NCBI RefSeq assembly: GCF_004765795.1
Contig: NZ_SBIV01000008.1
Coordinates: 1 to 64,000 of the forward strand
Origin: Halorussus marinus
GTDB lineage: Archaea > Halobacteriota > Halobacteria > Halobacteriales > Haladaptataceae
Reading direction: 5' to 3'
DNA: 64,000 bases
The notes beneath the pieces were generated by a model that had not been told where the DNA came from, made no database searches, and saw nothing but the letters and a program-made list of their open reading frames with translations. Below are positions 10,004 to 19,928 of the stretch, one piece after another (the first letter of the stretch is position 1; every line of letters begins with the position of its first letter). Made by a program: the position numbers and the translations under genes.

Positions 10004-11510
10004 CGCTCCCACCACGGATCTGTGCGCAGTGCTCGACGATCTTCCGCTGGACAGCATCGCCGGTCAGCTGGCTCAGGAAGGTGAGGCTTTGGATGTGGTC
10101 GTCGATGGCGAGCGTCGCGGGCCCGGTCTCGTCGGGATCGACCTCCTCGACGTCGGCGAACCCGCCGACGTACGCCAGCAGTTCTTCCTCGACTGACTCG
10201 CTGACCCAGCCGATGTCCCCGTAGTAGGTGATCGTCCGGACCGCGTCTTCGGGACCGAACTCCGTCACGAGGAACTCGAGCCACTCCATCACCACGAGGT
10301 CCGCGACGTAGCCGCTCGGAAGCTCCGCGAGGTAGGGCTTGCTGTCGAGTCCCGACTGTCGGGTTTCGGTCGCGACCGGTTCGGTCTCGGCGGTGTCGGT
10401 CGAGTCGGCAGGCTCCTCGAATTCGAAGCCGCCGTCGTCGGGTTCGCTCTCGACGGTTGGTTCGGGCTCTGGCTCGGGGTCGAGGTCGGGGTCGGGTTCG
10501 GGTTCGGGCTCCACCTCTGTGTCGACCTCCGAGGCGGTCTCCTCGCCGTTCGCCCAGTCGGCGTCGCCCGACTCGTACTCCTCTTTCAGTTCGGCGAACG
10601 TCGAACCGCCGGCCTGTCCACCGTCGTCGCCGTCGTCGTCCATATCTCCGCCCATATCCATTCCGCCGTCCATGTCCATTCCGTCGCCGAAGGCGTCGTC
10701 ACCCATACCCTCGTCCGGATCGTCGAAGCCGAGGTCGTCGGCCGCATCCGCCTCGAAGTCGTCCTCGAACTCTTCGTCGGCTTCCTCTTCGAAGTCGTCC
10801 TCGAACTCATCGTCGGCCTCCTCCTCGAAGTCGTCTTCGAAGAAACTCTCGGCCTCGGCGTCTGCCACGTCGTCGTCCAAGTCCTCTTCCTCTTCGGTCT
10901 CCTCCTCACCGTCGAACAGGCCGAAGCTCCCGCCGCCACCGCCCGCGCCGTCGAACCCGTCGCCACCCATGCCGCCGCCCTGGACGTCGTCGACGAACGG
11001 GTTGACTCCACGGGTGACCATCTCGTAGATCTCGAGCAGTTTGCGGACGTTCTCCTCGGTGTCGTCGACCTTGGCGCTGATCTGCTCGTTCTCGCTTCGG
11101 ACCGTCCCGACGGTCGAGGAGATCTCCGCGACCTCGTTTTCGAGCTCGTCGATCCGGTTTTCCAGTTCCTGGGTCGCGGCGCCGCCGCCTCCGCCGCCGC
11201 CCCCCATGCCGAACTCCTCGCCACCGCCGCCCATCCCGTCGTCCATCCCCCCGAAGTCGTCGTCCATCTCCATCCCGTCGTCCATCCCCCCGAAGTCGTC
11301 GTCCATCTCCATCCCGTCGTCCATCCCCCCGAAGTCGTCGTCCATCTCCTCGCCCATTCCGTCGCCGAACAGGTCGTCGTCTTCGCCGTCGCCGTCGGCG
11401 TTCTCACCCTCTTCCTCGTCCATGAAGTCCATGATACCCATGCCGACCAAGCCCGTCCCGAGGAGGTAGACGAACTGGTCGCCGAGGCCGAGAAGTTTCA
11501 TTACCGACAA
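9987..11510 (-). CDS. flaCE: Archaellar accessory protein ArlCE (FlaC/FlaE fusion); true start may be ATG 11441
   Basis: Coiled coil with KLLEIYEMVTRGVNPF, C-terminal KPYL...VMEWLEFL...DDHIQSL FlaD/E domain, long acidic linkers. Confidence 0.85.
   Translation of the reverse strand: MSVMKLLGLGDQFVYLLGTGLVGMGIMDFMDEEEGENADGDGEDDDLFGDGMGEEMDDDFGGMDDGMEMDDDFGGMDDGMEMDDDFGGMDDGMGGGGEEFGMGGGGGGGGAATQELENRIDELENEVAEISSTVGTVRSENEQISAKVDDTEENVRKLLEIYEMVTRGVNPFVDDVQGGGMGGDGFDGAGGGGGSFGLFDGEEETEEEEDLDDDVADAEAESFFEDDFEEEADDEFEDDFEEEADEEFEDDFEADAADDLGFDDPDEGMGDDAFGDGMDMDGGMDMGGDMDDDGDDGGQAGGSTFAELKEEYESGDADWANGEETASEVDTEVEPEPEPDPDLDPEPEPEPTVESEPDDGGFEFEEPADSTDTAETEPVATETRQSGLDSKPYLAELPSGYVADLVVMEWLEFLVTEFGPEDAVRTITYYGDIGWVSESVEEELLAYVGGFADVEEVDPDETGPATLAIDDHIQSLTFLSQLTGDAVQRKIVEHCAQIRGGSDGIQR
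11231..11347. repeat. Three perfect 39-bp tandem repeats within arlCE (13-aa unit, MDDDFGGMDDGME)
   Basis: ccatcccgtcgtccatccccccgaagtcgtcgtccatct x3 read directly. Confidence 0.95.
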
Positions 11511-11546
11511 CAGCGGACTTCCGCCACATTAATCTTCCCCCTGAGT

Positions 11547-11560
11547 TATCAGTACTGATA
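11547..11560. promoter_or_regulatory. TATCA-N4-TGATA palindrome upstream of arlCE promoter
   Basis: TATCAGTACTGATA, 14 nt upstream of minus-strand TATA-like ATTAAT (11528-11533). Confidence 0.6.
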
Positions 11561-11618
11561 CTGTCTATGACGGGGAATAATCCGGATCCTAATCGGTTCT
11601 ACGACCCGTTTCGGTGCG

Positions 11619-12440
11619 TCATCGCCGAATGGGTATATCGTCAGTTTTCTTATATACGCGGAGTCGGCGAGCCACCGGTTCGAAGCACGGCTTGAGCTGT
11701 TCGGGCAACGTCTCGGTCTTCCCGATCACCAGATACCCGCCCTTTCGGAGCGACTTCGAGACGGTATCGAGGATCGGGAGCTTGTGCTCGGCGTCGATGT
11801 AGATGAACAGGTTCCGACACACGACGAAATCGAAGTCGCTCTTGGGATCGCCGTTGATGAGGTCGTGGCGCTCGAAAGAGACGAGGTCCTTGACGACGTC
11901 TGCGACCTCGAAACGGCCGTCGTCTGGTTCGACGTACCGCTCGTACTCCTCGAGCGGCGCGAGCTGCTCGTCGATGTCGGTGGTTCGAGTGCTCTGGTAG
12001 ACGCCTCGGCGCGCGGCCGCGAGTATCTCGCGGTCGATGTCGGTCGCGGTTATCTCGACCTTCGACTCGTCTACCTCCGGGTCGTCCAGCGCCAGCATCG
12101 CCAGCGAGTAAGGCTCGCGGCCGTCCGAGCAGGCCGCGCTCCAGAGCCGGACCCGACGGTTCTCGGCCGACAGCGACCGCAGAACCGATCTGATCTCCGC
12201 CCACACGTCGGGGTTGCGGAAGAAGCTGGTCACGTTGACCGAGAAGGCGTCGAGCAGCGCCTCGCGTTCGTCTTCGTCCTCGCGCAACAGCTCGTGGTAC
12301 GCACCGTACTCCTCGCAGTCGGTCCGTCGCATCCGCGAGGAGACCCGGCGATCGAGATACGCGTTGTCGTAGTAGCTGGTGGCGAAGTCGAGCTCGTCCT
12401 CGACGTACCGGAGCAGCCGGTCGAACGCGTCGTCGCTCAC
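11619..12440 (-). CDS. cheR: Chemotaxis methyltransferase CheR
   Basis: NVTSFFRN, WSAACSDGREPYSLA, CRNLFIY; GTG start overlapping cheD stop. Confidence 0.93.
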   Translation of the reverse strand: MSDDAFDRLLRYVEDELDFATSYYDNAYLDRRVSSRMRRTDCEEYGAYHELLREDEDEREALLDAFSVNVTSFFRNPDVWAEIRSVLRSLSAENRRVRLWSAACSDGREPYSLAMLALDDPEVDESKVEITATDIDREILAAARRGVYQSTRTTDIDEQLAPLEEYERYVEPDDGRFEVADVVKDLVSFERHDLINGDPKSDFDFVVCRNLFIYIDAEHKLPILDTVSKSLRKGGYLVIGKTETLPEQLKPCFEPVARRLRVYKKTDDIPIRR

Positions 12441-12943
12441 AGCTCCACCTCCCCGTCGGTCGCGCTGGTGATCGTGAGCGTCCACGTCCGCGGGTGGACC
12501 CGAACCGACCGACCGTGGCTCCCGCCGACGTCGGCGGCCACGACGCGAATGCCCCTGTCGGCGAGCGCCTCGCGAGCCGCCTCGGCGTTGCGCTCGCCGA
12601 CGCCGGCGCCGACCCCCGAGAAGTCGAGCATCTGACTGCCGCCCGCGAGCTTGGCCTCGACGCGGTCGAGGTCGGCGCCCGCGTCGGCGACCGCCTCCAG
12701 CAGCGCCTCGACTCCGGTCGGGACCGACTTGGCCGGTCGCGCCTCGTCGTCGGCCGGGGTCGGAAGCATTACGTGCGCGAGCCCGGCGACGCCCGCGGCG
12801 GGATCCCCGATCGCGATCCCGACACACGAGCCGAGCCCGCTGGTCGTGAGGACGGTGTCGGCGGCGGCGACGCCGATCTCGGCGACGCCGACTCGAACGC
12901 GGTCGGGCGGCCCGTCGCCCCGGAGCGGGCGCTCGGCGGTCAT
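12437..12943 (-). CDS. cheD: Chemoreceptor glutamine deamidase CheD
   Basis: TSGLGSCVG, AHVMLP, AKLAGG, DVGGSHGR. Confidence 0.92.
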   Translation of the reverse strand: MTAERPLRGDGPPDRVRVGVAEIGVAAADTVLTTSGLGSCVGIAIGDPAAGVAGLAHVMLPTPADDEARPAKSVPTGVEALLEAVADAGADLDRVEAKLAGGSQMLDFSGVGAGVGERNAEAAREALADRGIRVVAADVGGSHGRSVRVHPRTWTLTITSATDGEVEL

Positions 12944-12945
12944 CG

Positions 12946-14127
12946 TCACAGCGACCCCGCTCTGGTCGAGCGTTCGGCCGTGGCGTCCGGATCGATGTCG
13001 TCGAGGGTTGCCTCGAGTTGGGTCTCCTCGGGGATCGCGTAGATCTCGCAGTCGAACGCCCGGTCGTCGGCCCGGATGGTGGCGTCGAACAGGAACGCGA
13101 ACGCCTGTCGCTGGCCGAGCCGCGCGACTACCGAGTCGGCGACCGCCCGGCCCATGTCGTCGACGAACTGGGGCGTCGAGATGGCGATGGTCGTGTCGAG
13201 GACGTTCGCCCACCCGTCGACGAAGCTACTCGTCATCACGTTCCCGATCTCCCGGATCGCGCTCTCGGCCATCTCGTCGAACGAGTCGGTTGCGGCCGCG
13301 TCGGGCGCGAGCGCGTCGACGACCGCTCTGGCCGACGACTCGTCGAACAGGATCAGGACGTAGCCGTCAGGCCCCTCGCCGAATCCGAGCACGACACCGA
13401 CGTGACGGCGGTCGCTGAGTTCGGCGGGGATGGACTCGATCGGCGCGAATCGGAGTTCGGAGATGTCGACGGAGGTGTCGATTCCGGTCATCGCCGAGAC
13501 GCTGTCAGCCGCGGTCGCGGCGCCCGATTGGGCCATCTCTTGGAGCGTCGAGAGCTTCGCGAGCGGGACCGAGCCGTCGCCGCTACCGTCCGACAGCATC
13601 CGCGTCATCGAATCGTTGTCGGGGAACATGTAGAACTCGAAGTCGAGGGCCTCGCCGACCGCGCTCAGCCGGCTCCGGAAGACGAACGCGCGGTCGCTCT
13701 CGAACGACGCCGCCTCGAGGATGTCCGCGTCTGTTCCCTCGACGTACGTCGGCGGCGTGATGTCGAGGGTGGTCGACAGCCGGTCGGCCCACGCGTCGAC
13801 GAACCCGCTGGTGACGATGTTGCCGACCTCCTGGACTGCGCTCTCGTCGAGGCCGTCGCCCGGCAACAGCGCCCCGAGCACGGTCTCGACGCCCTGTGGC
13901 GGGAACGACAGCACCGTCGCCCCCGAAATCTCGCCGTCGAAGTCCACGACCACACCGATGCGGTCCCGATCCTCGCGGACGAGGCTGTCCTCGCGGGCGA
14001 GCGTGACCGCGGTCACGTCGGCCGTCGTCTCGATCCCCGTCAGTCCGGTGAGATTTTCGGCCGCGCGCTCGGCGCCGTCGTGGGCGGTTCGGCTGAACGA
14101 TCCGAGCGCCTCGATGTCTACTTTCAT
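12946..14127 (-). CDS. cheC: CheC family phosphatase, tandem double-length
   Basis: Two copies of S-A-x-x-E-x-G-N-x-x-T-S motif (QEVGNIVTSG, REIGNVMTSS). Confidence 0.88.
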   Translation of the reverse strand: MKVDIEALGSFSRTAHDGAERAAENLTGLTGIETTADVTAVTLAREDSLVREDRDRIGVVVDFDGEISGATVLSFPPQGVETVLGALLPGDGLDESAVQEVGNIVTSGFVDAWADRLSTTLDITPPTYVEGTDADILEAASFESDRAFVFRSRLSAVGEALDFEFYMFPDNDSMTRMLSDGSGDGSVPLAKLSTLQEMAQSGAATAADSVSAMTGIDTSVDISELRFAPIESIPAELSDRRHVGVVLGFGEGPDGYVLILFDESSARAVVDALAPDAAATDSFDEMAESAIREIGNVMTSSFVDGWANVLDTTIAISTPQFVDDMGRAVADSVVARLGQRQAFAFLFDATIRADDRAFDCEIYAIPEETQLEATLDDIDPDATAERSTRAGSL

Positions 14128-14735
14128 ATGTCGATCTGCTTCATGAGCTCGACGAGCTCGGGGAGCTCCGGGAAGGTGTACACCTTGACCTCCACGTCCG
14201 CGTCGCGGGCGTGAACCCGTGAGTCGAACACCAGCGCCATCTCATCCGGACGGCTCCCCATCAGGTTCTCGACCATCCGCGACCCCGCGCCGTAGGTGAA
14301 CTTCGGCGTCGAGATGTCGATCGTCGTGTTGAGGACGTTCGCCCACCCGTCGATGAACCCGCTGGTCATGATGTTGCCGATCTCCTGGACCGCCGACTTC
14401 TCCATGTCGGAAAAGCCGTTCGACGACCCACCGGAGTCGCCCGGCAGCATCCCCGACGCCAGTGTCTTCGCGCTCCGAGCGCTGAACAGGAACAGGATGT
14501 ACCCGTGCGGGGACTCGGTGAGCTGGATGTGGATGCCGACCTGTTTGTCGTGGCCGACATGGGTCTTGATGTCCTCGATGTCGAGGAAGTTTATCTTCGT
14601 GATCTCCATCTCGGTCTCCATTCCCGTCATCTGGTTGAGATGGTCAGCGACGGTGTTCGCGCCCTCCTTTGCCATCTGATTGAAGATGGTGAGCTTTCGT
14701 ATGTCTACCTTCAAGTTCGAATCAGCTCCGCTCAT
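14124..14735 (-). CDS. cheC: CheC family phosphatase
   Basis: SAVQEIGNIMTSGFIDGWANVL. Confidence 0.9.
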   Translation of the reverse strand: MSGADSNLKVDIRKLTIFNQMAKEGANTVADHLNQMTGMETEMEITKINFLDIEDIKTHVGHDKQVGIHIQLTESPHGYILFLFSARSAKTLASGMLPGDSGGSSNGFSDMEKSAVQEIGNIMTSGFIDGWANVLNTTIDISTPKFTYGAGSRMVENLMGSRPDEMALVFDSRVHARDADVEVKVYTFPELPELVELMKQIDI

Positions 14736-16813
14736 AGCGTCTCCACGTCCAGAATAGTCACCACGTCGCCCTCGCCGAGGACGGCCGCACCCGACAGCCC
14801 CGGGATGCCCGAGAGGATGCCCTCGAACGGCTTGACGACGACCTCTTCCTGACGACTCACGGCGTCACAGTGGATCGCGACCTGGCGCTCGGACTCTTTG
14901 ACCCGAACCAACATCCCGTCGCCGTTCTTGGTCTCGCCGGGGACGTTCAGCGCCTCGCCCAGCCTGACCAGCGGGTAGACCGTGTCGTCGTGGGTCACGA
15001 CCTCCTCGCCCTCGACGGTCTTGACGTCCTCCATCCGGCGGATCTCGTCGACGTTCTTGATCGGGATGCCGTACTCTTCGTCGCCCGACTGGACGAACAG
15101 GATCTTGACGATCGCGACGGTGACCGGCAACGAGAGACCGATAGTCGTCCCCTCGCCGGGTTCGGAGTCGACCTCGATGGTGCCGTCGAGTCGCGTGACG
15201 GTGTCCCGGACCACGTCCATCCCGACGCCGCGACCGCTCACGTCGGTCACTTCCTCGGTCGTCGAGAACCCCGCGTGGAAGATGAGCTCTTGGGCCTCCT
15301 GATCGTCGAGTCCGTCGGCCTCCTCGCGAGTCATCACGTCCTCTTCGACCGCCTTGTCCCGGATCGCGTCCGGGTCGATGCCCCGGCCGTCGTCCTCGAC
15401 CTCGATCGTGACCCGGTCGCGCTCGCGGAACCCGCGCAGTCGGATGTTCCCCTCGCGGGGCTTGCCGGCCGCTTCGCGCTCGTCGGGGGACTCGACGCCG
15501 TGGTCGGCGGCGTTGCGAAGCAGGTGCATCAGCGGATCGCTGATCTCGTCGAGGATGGTGCGGTCGAGCTCGATGTCGGTCCCCTCCATCTCGAAGTCGA
15601 TATCCTTGTCCTGAGAGCGCGCGAGGTCTCTGACCAGCCGCGGGAACTTGTCGACGACCTTCTTGAGCGGGACGAGCCGCATGTCCATCACGGTGTCCTG
15701 AAGGCTGGAGGTGATCTTGTCGAGTTCGTCGAGGTGGTCCTCGGCGCTGTCGAGTTGGGCCTGCTCGACCGACCGTCGGAGCTTGATCCGACTGGTCACG
15801 AGCTGTTCGACCTGTCCGTGGAGGTCGTCGAGTTGGTCGACGTCGACCCGGACCGTCTGGATCTCCTCGATCTGCTCGGTGTCCGGGCCGGAGTCGTTCG
15901 AGCCGCGGTCGGAGTCGCTGGACTCGGAATCGGCGTCGGCGTCCTCCGAGTCGTCGTCCCCATCGCTTGACGCCTCGTCGTCGGCCTCGGCCGCCTCGTC
16001 GGGTTCCTCGTCCGCCGCCTCGGCCGCCGCCCCGACGGCGTCGGCGTCGACCGCCGAGACGGTCCCGCCGGCGATCTTGCCGACCGATTCGATCACGGCC
16101 TCGACCTCGCCGGCGCTCTCGGCCGCGACGAACGCGTCGAAGCCGTCGTCGTATTCGCCGTCGTTGATCGCGTCGACCTCGGGCGTCGTGCCGAGAAGTT
16201 CGAGGTCCTCGGAGAGCCCTTCGAGCGCGAACATCCCGTCGACGCCCTTCATGTCGGGATCGCCCATGTCGACGTCGGCGTGGAAAACGTCCCCGTCCGC
16301 GTCGGCGAGCGTCTCGGGGTCGTCGAACGCCGCGATCGCTTCCGCGACCGCACCGTCACTGGTGGCGTCGTCGGCCGATCCGTCGGACTCGTCGTCGGCG
16401 CTCGGGTCGTCGGCCGCGTCCTCCTCGCCCGGTGCGCCGCCTCGCTGGATGGCGTCCCGGATCTCGGCGATGGTGTCGTCGGCGTCGATGTCGGACTCGC
16501 CGTCCTCGGCGATCTGATCGAGCGCGTAGTCGATCTCGTCGACGCCGTCGAACACGAGGTCCATGATCTGGGGGCCGACCTCCATCCGACCCTGCCGGAT
16601 CTCGTCCAGCAGGTCCTCGATGGCGTGGGCGAGGTCGCTCTCGGCCTGAAAGCCCATCGCCCCGAAGTTCCCCTTGAGCGTGTGGGCGGTCCGGAATATC
16701 GAGTCCATCGCCGCCTCGTCGCTCGGGTCGTCTTCGAGTTCGAGGAGCGAGTTGTTCAGTTCTGTGACGTTCTCTTCGCTCTCGCGTATGAAGTCTTGTA
16801 AGTAGTCGTCCAT
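14732..16813 (-). CDS. cheA: Chemotaxis histidine kinase CheA
   Basis: HPt FRTAHTLKG, HLLRNAADHG, GFSTTEEVTDVSGRGVGMDVV, C-terminal CheW-like domain. Confidence 0.96.
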   Translation of the reverse strand: MDDYLQDFIRESEENVTELNNSLLELEDDPSDEAAMDSIFRTAHTLKGNFGAMGFQAESDLAHAIEDLLDEIRQGRMEVGPQIMDLVFDGVDEIDYALDQIAEDGESDIDADDTIAEIRDAIQRGGAPGEEDAADDPSADDESDGSADDATSDGAVAEAIAAFDDPETLADADGDVFHADVDMGDPDMKGVDGMFALEGLSEDLELLGTTPEVDAINDGEYDDGFDAFVAAESAGEVEAVIESVGKIAGGTVSAVDADAVGAAAEAADEEPDEAAEADDEASSDGDDDSEDADADSESSDSDRGSNDSGPDTEQIEEIQTVRVDVDQLDDLHGQVEQLVTSRIKLRRSVEQAQLDSAEDHLDELDKITSSLQDTVMDMRLVPLKKVVDKFPRLVRDLARSQDKDIDFEMEGTDIELDRTILDEISDPLMHLLRNAADHGVESPDEREAAGKPREGNIRLRGFRERDRVTIEVEDDGRGIDPDAIRDKAVEEDVMTREEADGLDDQEAQELIFHAGFSTTEEVTDVSGRGVGMDVVRDTVTRLDGTIEVDSEPGEGTTIGLSLPVTVAIVKILFVQSGDEEYGIPIKNVDEIRRMEDVKTVEGEEVVTHDDTVYPLVRLGEALNVPGETKNGDGMLVRVKESERQVAIHCDAVSRQEEVVVKPFEGILSGIPGLSGAAVLGEGDVVTILDVETL

Positions 16814-16819
16814 GTCTTT

Positions 16820-17857
16820 TCACCCGTCCTCTCGGATCGTGTCGAGTATCGCCTTCCCCATCTCGTCTGCGGACCGCACGTCGTCGACGCTGCCGGTCTC
16901 GATGGCGCGGGCCGGGATGCCGAACACCGAGCACGACGCCTCGTCTTGGGCGAGGGTCGCGCCGCCGACCGCGCTGATGGCCTCGATGCCCGCCGCGCCG
17001 TCTTTCCCCATGCCGGTGAGGACGACGCCGGTGAGCGGACCGGTGACGGTCTCGGCCGCGGTCTCCATCGTCACGTCGATCGCGGGCCGCACGCCGTGAA
17101 GTTGAGGTTCTTGCTGGAGGCGGATCCGAAGCCGGCCGTTGCCGTAGCCGGCGACCTCCATGTGGTAGTCGCCCTTCGCGACGACCGCTTGGCCGCCCCC
17201 GATCCGCATCCCGTCCTCGGCCTCCGAGACGTCGTACTCGCTCCGACGGTCGAGACGGGCCGCGAACCGCTCGGTGAACCCGTCGGGCATGTGTTGGACG
17301 ATCAGCACGCGGAGGTCGGCGTCCCGGGGCAGGTCCGAGAGCACCTTCTCGACGATCCGCGGGCCGCCGGTCGAGGCGCCGACGATCAGCGTCGGGTTCT
17401 CGACGTACTCGTGGTCGGCCGCTACGACCTCGTCGGTCGCGCTCACGTCGCCGGCGGAGGCGGGGTCGGCCCGCGCGGCCGACCGGACCTTCTCGACCAG
17501 CGCGTCGCCGTGGGCCGAGATCTCGGTCGAGACCTCCCCGCCGGGCTTGGCGAGGAAGTCGACCGCGCCTTTCTCCATCGCCTCGAACGTCGCTTCGGCG
17601 CCGTCGTCGGTGTGTGCCGACAGCATCACCACGGGCGTGGGGTTGCGCGCCATGATCTCCTCGACCGCCTCGATGCCGTCCATCCGGGGCATCTCGACGT
17701 CCATCGTCACCACGTCGGGGTCGTGTTCGGCGACGGCGGCCGCGCCCGCCTCGCCGTCGCCGGCCTGCGCGACCACGTCGAACCCCGCGTCTTCGAGGAT
17801 ATCGGAGATGACCGTCCGCATGAAGTGCGAGTCGTCGACGACGACTGCCTTCGTCAT
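16820..17857 (-). CDS. cheB: Chemotaxis methylesterase CheB
   Basis: Receiver domain plus GASTGGP, VQHMP, LTGMGKDG. Confidence 0.95.
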   Translation of the reverse strand: MTKAVVVDDSHFMRTVISDILEDAGFDVVAQAGDGEAGAAAVAEHDPDVVTMDVEMPRMDGIEAVEEIMARNPTPVVMLSAHTDDGAEATFEAMEKGAVDFLAKPGGEVSTEISAHGDALVEKVRSAARADPASAGDVSATDEVVAADHEYVENPTLIVGASTGGPRIVEKVLSDLPRDADLRVLIVQHMPDGFTERFAARLDRRSEYDVSEAEDGMRIGGGQAVVAKGDYHMEVAGYGNGRLRIRLQQEPQLHGVRPAIDVTMETAAETVTGPLTGVVLTGMGKDGAAGIEAISAVGGATLAQDEASCSVFGIPARAIETGSVDDVRSADEMGKAILDTIREDG

Positions 17858-18216
17858 GCTGAGATGACGTCTTCGATGGCGTCCATCACGCTCGGTTTCT
17901 GGAACGGTTTGGTGATGTAGCCGTCGGCCCCGGCCTTGATCGCGGCCTTCATCTTCTCTTCTTGGCCGATACTCGTACACATGATGATGTTCGAGTCGGG
18001 GTTCGACTCTTTGATCTCGGTCGTGGCCTCGATGCCGTCTCGGATCGGCATTACGATGTCCATCATCACCAGATCCGGATCGTGTTCCTGATACAGTTCG
18101 ATCGCTTCGACGCCGTTTTCGGCCTCCGCCGCGATTTCGAACTCCTCTTCGAGGATCTCTCGCAGCAGATTCCGCATAAACTCCGAGTCGTCGACGATCA
18201 AGACGTTGCGTGCCAT
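17854..18216 (-). CDS. cheY: Chemotaxis response regulator CheY
   Basis: Stand-alone receiver: VDDS, MDIVMP, KPF. Confidence 0.93.
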   Translation of the reverse strand: MARNVLIVDDSEFMRNLLREILEEEFEIAAEAENGVEAIELYQEHDPDLVMMDIVMPIRDGIEATTEIKESNPDSNIIMCTSIGQEEKMKAAIKAGADGYITKPFQKPSVMDAIEDVISA

Positions 18217-18270
18217 ATCAGTTACCTACCGGTTGTTTGAAAGGGGGTGAAATAAATGCTCCCCTGCGAT

Positions 18271-18284
18271 TATCAGTCGTGAAG
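18271..18284. promoter_or_regulatory. TATCA-N4-TGATA-like site upstream of cheY promoter
   Basis: TATCAGTCGTGAAG, 14 nt upstream of TATA-like ATTTAT (18252-18257). Confidence 0.5.
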
Positions 18285-18308
18285 TCGCGTCGCCGTCGGT
18301 CGGTCAGG

Positions 18309-18827
18309 TCATTGGAGTTGGTCGATGATCGCGTCGATGTCGATCCACACGACGAGATCGAGCCCCGCCTCGTCGGGCTTGCGGATGATGCCTCGCGAGA
18401 CGCGCTCGGAGATGCCCTGGGTCTCGAGGTTCGAGAGGTCTTCTTCGGTGTCGATCCGGTCCTCGGCGTACGTCGCGACTTCGAGCACCTCGTCGACGCG
18501 GATGCCGATCTTCTGTTTGTCGTCCGACCGATCGAGCACGAGGACGTTCTGTTCGTCGGAGTCGGGAGCCTCGCCCTCGACGCCGAGGAACGTCCGGGGG
18601 TCGATGATCGCGGTCGTCTCACCCCGGAGGTCCATCACCCCGTCGACGGAGTCGGGCGTCCGGGGGATCCGAGTTACCTTCTTTATCTCGACGATACTGT
18701 CGACCTCGTCGATGTCGACCGCACAATGGTCCTCGCCGAGCCGGAACTCCACGACCTGCTTGGTCTCGACGTCCCGGGCTTCGACGGGGACTTCCTCGGC
18801 GGTCCCGTCGGTCTCCTGTGCCTGCAT
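18309..18827 (-). CDS. cheW: Chemotaxis coupling protein CheW
   Basis: QVVEFRLG, TRIPRTP...GVMDLRG, GIRVDEV; start chosen from TATA position at 18862-18867. Confidence 0.9.
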   Translation of the reverse strand: MQAQETDGTAEEVPVEARDVETKQVVEFRLGEDHCAVDIDEVDSIVEIKKVTRIPRTPDSVDGVMDLRGETTAIIDPRTFLGVEGEAPDSDEQNVLVLDRSDDKQKIGIRVDEVLEVATYAEDRIDTEEDLSNLETQGISERVSRGIIRKPDEAGLDLVVWIDIDAIIDQLQ

Positions 18828-18905
18828 GATACTCTCTACTTCGAACATAGAACGCCACGACATAAAACCCGGCCTCGGCTCTCGGAGATGATAATCGGGG
18901 CGATC

Positions 18906-19529
18906 TCAGACGTTCTCCGGCGGGAACACCATCCCGCGGTCCTCGCGGACCGCTTCGACGAGGTCGGCGATGCTGTCGTCCGGGCCGAGGTCGTAGGCCC
19001 GAAGGATGGCCTGGAGACACGACGGCGAGTATCTGACCCGGACGTTCGACTCGGTCAGTAGAATACCGAGCACGTCCTCGACCGCCGTGTCGGTCGTGAG
19101 CTGTTGGGCGTACCACCGCAGGAGGCTGTCGAACACGGTTCCGACGTCGTCGGAGAACATCTGCTGGTGGCTGACCGCGTCGTCGGACTTCGCGGAGACG
19201 TGAAAGCCGTAGCGGGCGCTGGTCCCCTGGAGGTCGTCTTCGAGCCACTCTTTGACCGCGCCCGAGTCGGTCGGCCCGGCGTCGACCGAGCGGTCGGCGG
19301 CCTCCCGCGGGGCGGGGTCGAGTTCGTCGGTCGACTGCTCCGGGACGGAGGGCCGGCCGTCGGTGCCGACGACGTACCGCCCGCTGTCGAGTTGGACCAC
19401 GCTGTCGTCGTCCTCGATGTCGAGTTCGTCGGGTGACAGCGCCGAGCCTTCGCCAGCGTCCGGCGTATCGTCGCGGCTCAGGGCGGCCAACTCCTCGGGG
19501 TCGAGGCCGTCGTCCGACGTCGGAGCCAT
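18906..19529 (-). CDS. Conserved hypothetical protein of haloarchaeal arl/che clusters
   Basis: Acidic ORF with LSPDELDI...GRYVV and FDSLLRWYA motifs; own TATA at ~19554. Confidence 0.65.
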   Translation of the reverse strand: MAPTSDDGLDPEELAALSRDDTPDAGEGSALSPDELDIEDDDSVVQLDSGRYVVGTDGRPSVPEQSTDELDPAPREAADRSVDAGPTDSGAVKEWLEDDLQGTSARYGFHVSAKSDDAVSHQQMFSDDVGTVFDSLLRWYAQQLTTDTAVEDVLGILLTESNVRVRYSPSCLQAILRAYDLGPDDSIADLVEAVREDRGMVFPPENV

Positions 19530-19703
19530 TGTGAAGGTCTATCGTTCGATTTCATATAAAGCCTCCGCCTGTACGAACGTAGAGGACAGTGACGGTCGGC
19601 CACCGCTCGGGACACCCGACAGGGCGGACAGCCCGACCCCGATTTTCGACGATCGTTGTAGACAGGGTTTATTATCGTCGAACTACTGGCTCCCAGTATC
19701 AGG

Positions 19704-19928
19704 ATGAGCGTTCAACGACCGACGACACGCGACCGAGCACTGCCGACCGAACTAGAGTCGCCGCGCGCGAAGCTGGTGTATCTCTACCTCCGAACCGCGG
19801 CGGCGTCGCTCGACGACCTCGAATCGGATCTGGAACTGAAGAAGATCACGCTGTACAGCATCCTGCGGACGCTCCGCGAGCGCGATCTGGTCGAAAAGCG
19901 CGACGAGGAGTTCGCGGTGTTAGAGTAG
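19704..19928 (+). CDS. Small winged-HTH protein (TrmB-like)
   Basis: ELESPRAKLVYLYL...TLYSILRTLRERDLV. Confidence 0.75.
   Translation: MSVQRPTTRDRALPTELESPRAKLVYLYLRTAAASLDDLESDLELKKITLYSILRTLRERDLVEKRDEEFAVLE

Noticed and set aside
11231..11347. Possible CRISPR array
   Set aside because: Repeats are contiguous without spacers and in-frame in a CDS; no cas genes in the window.
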